Of a stretch of 64,000 bases of DNA, positions 55,936 through 64,000 are shown one piece after another. Source of the stretch: Yuukianura sp. NJ FZ-2021 (lineage: Eukaryota); contig JAJCTO010000009.1 in the NCBI GenBank assembly GCA_046563655.1, positions 434,001-498,000 of the forward strand, in the 5' to 3' direction. A program made the translations under genes and the position numbers. Every line of letters starts with the position of its first letter. The stretch's first letter is position 1. The notes beneath the pieces were generated by a model, which saw only the letters and a program-made list of their open reading frames with translations, made no database searches and had not been told where the DNA came from.

Positions 55936-56215
55936 AGCTATAGTCATCTTGAAGGGAATTTCCACTTTTTCAAAATTGCACCCCCCCCCCTTTTTTTTTC
56001 ATCCCCCCCCCCCTCCCACACCCCTCACTGGGAAAAAAAAAACTAAAAAGTTAATAGTTTAATGAAATAATTAAAAGGTCACAAAAAGGAAAAAAGTGTT
56101 ACTATAGAAACACAAAAGTACTCCAAAGGAAATGTTTGTTTTTGAAAAAGAAAAAGAAAAAGACAAGGTCAAATTTTAGAAAAGGAGGCCATTCCGAGTT
56201 TGAACTTTGTTCAAG

Positions 56216-57004
56216 ATGGTCGCCTCAAGAATGGCTCCTCTCTTGTTCTGTTTCTTTTGTCTGCTCCACTTCGTTTCAAGCCGACCGTGGTGCCAATTGC
56301 TGAACAGCGCATGTTCAGATTGCGTTTCTGCTGGATGTTTCTTTGGAGTTCTGCTTGAGGATGGAAGAGCTGTTTGCTTCGCTGGAGGATTCCTGGGAGG
56401 TCTCCCACTTGCTTTTTCTGTGGGGCCAAGAACCAACTGTCCATCGCCAACTCCAGCGCCATCTACTACAACAACTTCAGATGGAAGAATTTCCTTGGAA
56501 CTAAAGCTTCTCTTGTCCATTGCGCATGAGCAAACTTCTACTTCGACACAATCAAGCACTTCAACTACTCCGAAGCTTCCAACCACTTCTGCGCATGACA
56601 ACTTTGGAACTTTTTTGCTTCTTTTTGGATTCTTAGGTAACTATTACAAGTTACAATTGCACAAATCAACGAAAAATTTGTACTCTAATTAGAATTTTGA
56701 TTTTATTTCAGTTTTCATGCTGATTCTGATTGCTGTTTGGATTCTACTACGCAAAAGGCGATGTCAAGTTCGGAGAGGTCAAAGGTCACTGGAGATTTTT
56801 TCATTGGAAAATCCAAACTATACTGGAATCGAATCACCCGAGCCATCTCTAGGCGAGCAGTCTCCGGAATCTAGCGTCAACACTTCTCCAGAAAACTCGC
56901 CAGTTGCTGTTCTTCCCAAAAGAGGGCGCTTTAGTGCAGATGGTGTCTACCGGACATTTTTTGGACGCAGGTCAATTCTGCCAACAAGATACAAGCCTTT
57001 CTAA
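56216..57004 (+). CDS. Type-I membrane glycoprotein: signal peptide, 6-Cys PSI-like domain, Ser/Thr mucin stalk, TM, cytoplasmic NPxY; exons 56216-56636, 56712-57004 (237 aa)
   Basis: GT-AG intron 56637-56711 joins the two ORFs in frame, giving one continuous TM helix (FLLLFGFLVFMLILIAVWILL) followed by RKRR. AATAAA follows at ~57073. Confidence 0.75.
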
Positions 57005-57136
57005 CACAATTCATTTCTAATTCTATTGTTACTCAGTTATTGTACTAATTTTTCTAAAAGTTATCATTTTGAAATAAAGTTTATTGTTGTTTATTTTTGA
57101 CAATCAGTTTGTTTTTAGCCTTTGTCGAGCGTAGAC

Positions 57137-58191
57137 ATGGAAACTAAGCAAAAATATACAAATTTGGAAAATGTAAAGAGTTTTTCAGGCCTTTCTACAT
57201 TTCTACGCGGAGAAGCAAATAAATCCAAAAAAACAAAAGAACTTCAAACGTTGCCAAGTTATAGTTTGTTCAAGCCAGTAAAATTAAAGTACATTGAGCG
57301 TCAAACTTTTGTTCCATTTCCATTCCACACGTTTGGCATGGACTTAATGTCTGTCCAGAACGTGTCACGGAAAAACAAGGGAATCAACTGGATTCTTATT
57401 ACAGTTGATCTCTTTTCACGTAAGCTCTACACTGCATTTTTAAAGAAAAAGAATGCAGTGTCTGTGGAGGAAGGAATCCGGAAGGTCTTTCAAGAATCTG
57501 GCCAACGTCCACACTTTGTCCTTGTAGACAGGGTATGTACCCCAGTCCCCCCCCCCCCAATTTAAATATTATTTATATACGTCAATTTCTTTGAAACAAT
57601 AGGGACGAGAGTTTTACAATAGGAAGGTTCAGACTCTCTTTCAGACATTGAATTTCAAAATGTATTCGGTGCACTCCATGAACAAATGCAGCATATGCGA
57701 ACGTGTACAGTTGACCTTGAGAACCAAACTCGCTCGTGTCCAAAACCAGACTGAGACCCCGGGCAAGTTTCTGGACGTGTGGGATCAGCTAGTTAAAAAT
57801 TACAACAATACTTATCATTCGAGCATCAAGATGGCGCCCAATGACGTCACCGTCGAAAACAGTGACGTAGTTTTTCGTAACCTTTATGGCAAAACTATTG
57901 AAACTCAAAAGCGTATAAAACCACGATACAAGGTCGGTGACCAGGTCAGAATATCCACTGCAAGGGTCACGTTCACAAAGGCTTCTACTGTTGAAAAGTG
58001 GTCACGTGAGATTTTTCGTATCATTGCCGTTCACAAGTCCAACGTGGCTTACTATTTCTTGGAGGATCTTCAAGGAGAACCCATAATTGGTAAGTTGCCC
58101 CCACCCCCACCGCATGTCAAATGTTTAAAACAATAACTTTGTTGATTTTCCAGGAACATTTGTGCAAGAGGAGCTCAACAAAGTATCTTAG
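57137..58191 (+). CDS. Maverick retroviral-like DDE integrase; exons 57137-57532, 57603-58089, 58154-58191 (306 aa)
   Basis: Motifs FGMDL...TVDLFSRK, D-R-G-R-E-F-Y-N (restored by intron 57533-57602), ICERVQLT, YNNTYHSSIKMAP, YKVGDQVRIS, WSREIF and GEPIIGTFVQEELNKV (restored by intron 58090-58153). Confidence 0.92.
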
Positions 58192-58193
58192 CC

Positions 58194-59264
58194 ATGTCAG
58201 TCTACTTTGCCCCCGTGTCTAGGTATATTATATTAGACAGTTCTCTAAACAGTGCCCAATTTCCCGAAAACAAGCCAAATGACTTCAGAGGAAAGTTGAT
58301 GCCTATTGTTGACGGTGCAAAGGAGCCCTTGGAAGTTGCCATTGACAGTATGACTTATACTCCTGGGCCCAAGCCAGAACGCAACATTTTTGGACATAAT
58401 GTGGGCGATAATGTTATCAACGTTACTGAACACTTGGAATCTACTGCAACTTTTAGAAAAATAGATGGGATAATAAAGTTTTTTGGCCATGTCAACAAGG
58501 AATTGAAAAAACTTCAGAAACAAATTACAATTACATACTCAAACCGAGTCTTTTCTCTGTCAAATGAAGAAAAGGGGCACACAGTAGCCATGACAGAAGT
58601 CTATGCTCTCGCCTTTGGATTTGACACAAATACGTTTCCTAACGGAGTTACTCATGGTCATGAGTATACCGAACGCATTTTTAATGAGATTGATCCGACG
58701 ATAAACATGGTACTAAGTATTTTTCAAGACAAGGAAAACTTGGCAACAGTGGCAGAACCAAAGCAGAAAACTGTCGACGGGCTTGTTGAAGTCTTAAACG
58801 CCGCCTTGACCCCATTTCAAATTACATTCAAGTACTCTGAAAAAGAATCCTTGTTGACTTATACGCGTGAATCTACGCACAATTACATTACACGCCTCTC
58901 CCCCTTATTGGGCCAAATATTTGGACTTCCCCCTGGAACTGCATTTCATGATCACACCCAAACACAACCAGCAAAAGCAGAGATTGACCTTGGGGTCACG
59001 TCACAGCATATGCTTGTTACTTGCGATCTCGCCTCCTATTCCCAAGTTGGCCAGCTTTCACTTCCCTTGATTGGATTGTTTAAGCAAGAGGGAAAGGAGG
59101 GAACTCCTGTCCATCTGGTTATCAACAACCCCCGCTACTTTCCAGTAAAAAGGGAGCAACTGATTGATTCTACCCGCATTCAGCTTTTGGACGAGTACCA
59201 GGCACCTCTCTCTGAAGGTCACGGGCCAACCCTACTCGCTCTCCATGTCCGAAGCAACCCCTAG
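58194..59264 (+). CDS. Putative minor capsid (penton-like) protein, 356 aa
   Basis: N-terminal ILDSSLNSAQFPENKPNDF and C-terminal YFPV...IDSTRIQLLDEY...TLLALHVR resemble Polinton minor capsid termini. Position after the integrase fits. Confidence 0.75.
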   Translation: MSVYFAPVSRYIILDSSLNSAQFPENKPNDFRGKLMPIVDGAKEPLEVAIDSMTYTPGPKPERNIFGHNVGDNVINVTEHLESTATFRKIDGIIKFFGHVNKELKKLQKQITITYSNRVFSLSNEEKGHTVAMTEVYALAFGFDTNTFPNGVTHGHEYTERIFNEIDPTINMVLSIFQDKENLATVAEPKQKTVDGLVEVLNAALTPFQITFKYSEKESLLTYTRESTHNYITRLSPLLGQIFGLPPGTAFHDHTQTQPAKAEIDLGVTSQHMLVTCDLASYSQVGQLSLPLIGLFKQEGKEGTPVHLVINNPRYFPVKREQLIDSTRIQLLDEYQAPLSEGHGPTLLALHVRSNP

Positions 59265-59924
59265 GTATTACGACATTGACCCCTCCCGACCACGTCTTCC
59301 CGAGTTGTTTATCGAGGACTACGTTGGAGATGTTCCTCCAAGGGCGGAACATAAAGTTTTGTGTAAGTTTCCAATCTACGTTTCCGAACAAGCACGCTTG
59401 GACACCTTTTACGCACACGGTTACGAGTGGCCCCTTAAATTCATTTCCCCGCTGGATGCTGCCAAGGGTGGTTTTTACTGCTTAAAACGGGGTGATCGTG
59501 TCTGCTGCGTCTACTGCAATTTACACCTTTTTGATTTTATGGAAGGAGATTCAATTGAAGAAGAGCACTCGAGATCCAAAAACACTTGCCCATTCCTAAG
59601 AGGAGTTCCAAATATAAACATTCCAATTCAGTGCAACAGCCAGAACGAGGTTCGAGAAAAGGTAGAGGATTTTATCAGTTTTGCAAAAAAAAGAGCCGCT
59701 TTCGCCGCCAGCCGTTTGACGCCAAGTGCACAGAAAAGCTGGATTCAATACTGAAGCATCTCAGCGCCGACCGCACCTGTAAAGTTTGTGCCAATAGTGA
59801 AGTTGACACGATTTTTCTCACTTGCTGCCACTATGTGACTTGCTACTATTGTTCTGAAAAATGTGAAAAGTGTCCCTTGTGCCGTGCTACCATAATGGGA
59901 CGCATCCGAACCTTTACTGCATAA
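59245..59924 (+). CDS. iap: Inhibitor-of-apoptosis protein (one BIR + C-terminal RING), split over two frames
   Basis: BIR: ARLDTF...WP...AKGGFY...DRVCCVYC...EEH...CPFL (59245-59754). RING: CKVC...FLTCCHYVTC..C...CPLCR in the -1 frame, ending 59924. Confidence 0.85.
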
Positions 59925-60028
59925 GAGAAGCGGATGACCCCGGTGACTTTAGTCTGTGTTTAGTTCTCTTCGTGGACACACGTATGCGACAAGTTCTCTG
60001 TGACAAAATATCGTGCAAGTTGAAACCC

Positions 60029-60337
60029 ATGGATACTTCTGAAGAGCAGGTCCAGGCAGGTGGCGGACTAGGTCAGACGCCAGTACCGTTTTACCTTCCG
60101 CTGCAGCGTGTTGTGTCTTCTAGTGCTCGTGGTAGAAAGGGAAAGGTCAAGAGTAAACGTAAAGGAAGTGCAAGTGGTGTGAAGCGAAAGAAACGTACAT
60201 TTCAAAAAGGGAGCGGGAAAGTTAAAAGAGTGTCTCAAGAAGGAAAAGGAAAAAGGCGCAAACCCAAGAAATCCAAGCCAGTCAAAAGAAAGCGTTCGAC
60301 CAAGTCAGTCGCATCTAGTAGTTGCTCCAGGCAGTGA
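60029..60337 (+). CDS. Small Lys/Arg-rich protein with QxGxG motifs (putative DNA-condensing core protein, 102 aa)
   Basis: QAGGG, QKGSG and QEGKG motifs plus a highly basic tract. Lies directly upstream of the major capsid with a TGATG stop/start overlap. Confidence 0.65.
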   Translation: MDTSEEQVQAGGGLGQTPVPFYLPLQRVVSSSARGRKGKVKSKRKGSASGVKRKKRTFQKGSGKVKRVSQEGKGKRRKPKKSKPVKRKRSTKSVASSSCSRQ

Positions 60338-61701
60338 TGGAAATTTTAGGAAAAAGCCGCAAAACCTACCAAAGTTCGCTGGATCCCTTTCTAATTTGGG
60401 ATCAGGATGTCAGTCTTCAAGAAACACGTTACTTGCAAGTCACTCCGCTTTCGTCACTCGCTGACGAAGGACCTATTGTTTTTAGAATTCCCAAGTCAAA
60501 ACTCTATTATCACTTGGGTGATTCATATTTGTATATAAAGTCAAAAGTTGTAAATGCTGATGGAACCACTTTGGCATCTACCGACAACGTAGCTCCTTCA
60601 AATTTGTTCTTCTACAGTCTCTTTTCAAACTGTTCAGTGGACATTAATGGAACACGTGTAAATGACAGTGCCGGAAAGTATCATTACAGGGGAGTGTTGC
60701 CTTTAATACTCGGTGTAGGAGAAGCCAACAAGTCCACGCGTATGTCTGAACAGTTTTGGTATCCAGATACCAAGGTCGATAGTTTCACCGACGCGACCAA
60801 TGAGGCATTCAAACTCCGCAAGTCATTTTCGGCTGGTTCCAAGGCATTTGAGGTCATGGGCCGCCCAGCCTCTTCAATTTTTGAGACTGGCAGGGTTCTA
60901 CTGCCTGACAATGAACTTGAGGTCACATTTACGAGAAACTCGAGCAGCATTTACTTGGATTCAGATACAACAACCAAGACTGGGCAGACTGGAATTCCAT
61001 GGAAGGCATCAATTCTCGAGTGTATTTTGTTTGTAAAAACATACCAAATTAACCCAGAAATCCGTAACCGTCACGAGCAGGCTCTTCAGCGTGGGTTAAA
61101 AGCCGTCTATCCGCTAAATGAACTAGAGATTCGCCCAATTTCGATTCCAGTTGGTCAGATCAAGTTTAACACTACAGTCAACTACTCAAACAGAATTCCC
61201 AATTTCATAGCTGTGGCTCTTTTGGATGCCGAGGCCTACAATGGAAAACTGACAAAGAGTTTTCAAAATTTTGGAAGCAATGGACTTGTGTCTATAACTG
61301 TTACGTTCTCCGAGAGTTCGTTTGTCTACCAAAGACTAGATTTTGACTTTGAAGGTGGCAACTATCTCCGAGCGTATAATGCCCTGTTTAATGCTTTGCC
61401 TCCAGGAAGTACTTCTAGCAACGGTATAAGTCGAAGTGACTATACTAATGGCAATACAATTTTTATTTTTGAAATAAATGACGCCCCGAGTAGCCAGGCC
61501 TTTCTACCACAGCTTGTTGGCGACTTGAAGGTTAGAATTTAAAAAAAAATACCAATAAAACCAAAGTCACGTTTTGTTTTTTTCATTTAGTTGGATCTTG
61601 AGTTTAAGACTGCAACCACGAAAATTATACAGCTACTCGTTTTTGGGAAACAAACCAACATTTTAACAATTGACAAGAACCGAACCGTCAAGCTCAGCTA
61701 G
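60337..61701 (+). CDS. Maverick major capsid protein (double jelly-roll type); exons 60337-61530, 61591-61701 (434 aa)
   Basis: Motifs PIVFRIP...YLYIKSKVV...NLFFYSLFSNCSVDING...YHYR...LLPDNELEVTFTRN...YNG...F. Intron 61531-61590 restores the C-terminus GDLKLDLEF...LLVFG...ILTIDKNRTV. Confidence 0.88.
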
Positions 61702-61702
61702 G

Positions 61703-62236
61703 ATGGACACGGAACAAGTAGAATACGCTCTTCGCGGAATAGCGTCATGCGCTAGCCCATGGATCCAGTCTTTTGTTGTTGCCAACGATGAAATTTGTCA
61801 ATTAAATTTACGCGCCCCATTTGCAGTTATCCAAAATGTAGACTTTTCGTCACAAAATGGAACGCACTGGGTCTTGTGGATCACTCTCGGTAAACGTCTC
61901 ATCTTTTTTGATTCGTTCGCCTGCACTCCCCAACACTACAACCTAAATTACCCAACCAAGTTTCGACGAATTTCCCAAGTGAATTCAGTGCCACTTCAGT
62001 CTGAATCCAGCTCCAAGTGCGCCGAGTTTTGTTTATATGTAGCTTATTGTATTTTTAGAGGACAGACGTTTGATTGCGTTCTGAATACGTTTAACACTAC
62101 AGATTTAAAGTTTAACGATTTAATGGTTAGTTTGTTTTTGAAAAATTTTTTACTAAATTTATCTCAAAAAAAGTGTTTTATTGATAGGAAAAGTAAATGT
62201 ATTCAGAATTCAAAACCAAAACTTGAGTGGAAATAA
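61703..62236 (+). CDS. Adenain-family cysteine (maturation) protease, 177 aa
   Basis: NVD...GTHWV, FFDSF and LQSESSSKCAEFC give the catalytic H-D-(Q)-C in order. AATAAA overlaps the stop. Confidence 0.92.
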   Translation: MDTEQVEYALRGIASCASPWIQSFVVANDEICQLNLRAPFAVIQNVDFSSQNGTHWVLWITLGKRLIFFDSFACTPQHYNLNYPTKFRRISQVNSVPLQSESSSKCAEFCLYVAYCIFRGQTFDCVLNTFNTTDLKFNDLMVSLFLKNFLLNLSQKKCFIDRKSKCIQNSKPKLEWK

Positions 62237-62402
62237 AAATCTACCCTCGCTAACATAACCTCAACTCTGTGTTCTAGTACCTTTATTGCCCTTTCGTGAG
62301 GGTAAAGTTGAACTTCGACGGGAGTTGCATTTTTTGTAGTCATTTGCATTTTGGTCTGCAGAGGGAGAGGTCGATCACATTTTGTAGTGCAATAGAGTAA
62401 TA

Positions 62403-62705
62403 ATGGAGAACATTTTGTCTGAAAAGAACAAGGAAATTGAGACGTGGAAATTTATTGTCCGGTGCAATGAGGGAAGCATCTCCTACCTCAAAGACACAGT
62501 ATACGAACTACGCTTGGATTTGGAAGAAGCTAAACTTCGAAACGAGGCACTCAAACAGGAACTGGAGGCGGTACGATCTCTGCTAAAGGATCACAAACCC
62601 AGCTCTTTGGAGAAGCTCTTTGAGAACTTGAGCATTAGGCCTCTTTCTCCGCCTCCACTCCCTCCCATGCTCCCGACTCAACTCTTTTCCAGAAACAACA
62701 ACTAA
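62403..62705 (+). CDS. Hypothetical coiled-coil protein (100 aa)
   Basis: ATG-initiated ORF with a leucine heptad and a Pro-rich tail; no recognised family. Confidence 0.45.
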   Translation: MENILSEKNKEIETWKFIVRCNEGSISYLKDTVYELRLDLEEAKLRNEALKQELEAVRSLLKDHKPSSLEKLFENLSIRPLSPPPLPPMLPTQLFSRNNN

Positions 62706-62894
62706 ATTTACAACGAGTTAAAATTTTCAACAAGTGAAAGTGACCTTAGATTACAATAATTAATAGATGAGGCTCACGACTTTGTTTTACTCTTTTCTAG
62801 AAACAACAACTAAATTTTCAACAAGTTAAAGTTTTCAACAAGTGAAAGTGACCTTAGATTACAATAACCAACAGACGAGGCTCACGACTTTGTT
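62681..62894. repeat. Two-copy 108-bp tandem duplication between convergent genes
   Basis: ACTCTTTTC(C/T)AGAAACAACAACTAAATTT...GAGGCTCACGACTTTGTT begins at 62681 and again at 62789. Confidence 0.9.
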
Positions 62895-62953
62895 GTAAGA
62901 CAGGTTTTATTTACAGAATTTTGAAAAATAATAAAAAACGCACTTTCACTCAA

Positions 62954-63968
62954 TTATTGAAGCTCTTCAATTGGTGGACACTCTTGTAGAATCTCCTCAA
63001 AAACTGCAATCATGGCTCGAAGCTCCGCCTTGCTGAGTTGAATCTTGGGTCCTGCATAAAACATTTGACGTTTGAAATATTTCATAGTTTATTTGAGATT
63101 ATGTTACCATGGTAGTCGGCGTATTCTTGACTTGCTCCTGGAGAATTAATGTAAAAGCTGTAGAATCCTCCATTGGCATGAAACATTGGGCGAAGACGAA
63201 ATGTTGCGCTTTCAGTCATGAAAATGGATGCATCGTTCCAAAACTCTGCTTTCGTAGGTTTCAAATCCTGTGGCGGAAACACTGGAACTCCAGTTCGAAT
63301 TCCTTCTTCAATTTTAGGGAGAAGCTCCTCTTTCACAAAGTTAATTACTGCCTCAACTTCGCTAATCAGAATTTGCACAATTGACGGCTTTGTCCCAACA
63401 TTATCCTTCCGGAGAAATACTTTGAGAACCTTGAAAATAATAAACGGTTAGAATTTGGAACAAACATTTCTTGATAAATTAAAAAATAGTACATCGTTGT
63501 AGCTATCCAGTCCGAGGCGAATCAAAATCTTGCTAGACAGAGCAATCTTTTTTGTTATTGGATCTGCAAAAAATGCTTCCTTATTGTACGCACTGTACGG
63601 CACGCAGCGAATCCTTTCCATGAATGCAAAATGGTTTGAAGAGTTGGGGCCACGAAAGGTCATGGGAAGCTTTTCATAACCTTGCTCTTCTCCCTGTCCC
63701 CCGGTAATGAGTTCCCTTGCACGCTTCATCCCTGGTACGTTTTGCTGCGGTAACTGCGAAATCAATTCACCGACACTTCGGGTCATGTCACCTTCACCAA
63801 CCAAAACACAACTGGCCTTTACTTGCACCAGTTTGACCCTTTTATAGTAGATGGATGGGTCATAAAAGGTATACACACTGCCAAATTCTCGCCAGTGTGT
63901 GTCTAACCTTTGGTCAGTGAGGATGTCAAAAAGAGATGCGAGTGGAAAGTGTCTAGTGACGTTGGAGT
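62954..63968 (-). CDS. Spliced hypothetical protein, C-terminal half possibly tandem PC4-like ssDNA-binding repeats; exons 63968-63493, 63429-63108, 63051-62954; 5' partial
   Basis: GT-AG introns 63492-63430 and 63107-63052 join three segments in frame, ending GPKIQLSKAELRAMIAVFEEILQECPPIEELQ*. The PC4 resemblance is only a by-eye pattern. Confidence 0.6.
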
Positions 63969-64000
63969 CTTATCATACATTTATAGATGAACAAAAACAA

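Larger units (their letters stand above)
55936..64000 (+). mobile_element. Maverick/Polinton (adintovirus-like) element, left arm; continues beyond the window
   Basis: Syntenic retroviral-type integrase, minor capsid, basic protein, major capsid and adenain protease. Begins with AG where the satellite stops, followed by homopolymer-rich terminal sequence. The exact left boundary is uncertain (55936-55980). pPolB and packaging ATPase are not in the window. Confidence 0.93.

Noticed and set aside
8037..55965. Hundreds of 60-126 aa ORFs (MLNYKRGYELL..., MTITENSAEQF...) as a tandem gene family
   Set aside because: They are translations of the 253-bp satellite. Mostly non-ATG starts, stops toggled by common variants, no recognisable domain.
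56176..60950. Antisense and alternate-frame ORFs over Maverick genes (e.g. 56176-56601, 58245-58523, 59170-59418, 60684-60950)
   Set aside because: Shadows of the real genes, with no motifs.
55936..64000. Bacterial prophage or host gene cluster
   Set aside because: Spliceosomal introns, poly(A) signals and the integrase-capsid-adenain synteny indicate a eukaryotic Polinton-type element.

Overview
Eukaryotic (animal-like) repeat-dense window that looks pericentromeric; no ordinary host gene is visible. Left to right: (1) the 3' end of an LTR retrotransposon (ORF end, polypurine tract, 405-bp LTR TGTAG...CTACA) inserted into a 402-bp satellite. (2) A full-length but decayed minus-strand CR1/L2-group LINE (2304-7184; 7-bp target-site duplication (TSD), microsatellite tail) in the same satellite. 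Its ORF2 follows ORF1 in frame after a TGA-CTA-G readthrough-type stop, and a tRNA-derived SINE with a 15-bp TSD sits in its 5' UTR. (3) A ~47.8-kb array of ~189 copies of a 253-bp satellite with regional variant domains; almost all short ORFs in the track are artefacts of this array. (4) From ~55.94 kb to the window end, the left arm of an apparently intact Maverick/Polinton virus-like element: integrase, minor capsid, basic core-like protein, major capsid, adenain protease and a possible PC4-like gene. It also carries a type-I membrane glycoprotein gene and a BIR-RING inhibitor of apoptosis, and it has at least six short GT-AG introns that restore conserved motifs or the reading frame. All family assignments come from motif recognition by eye; no database search was run.
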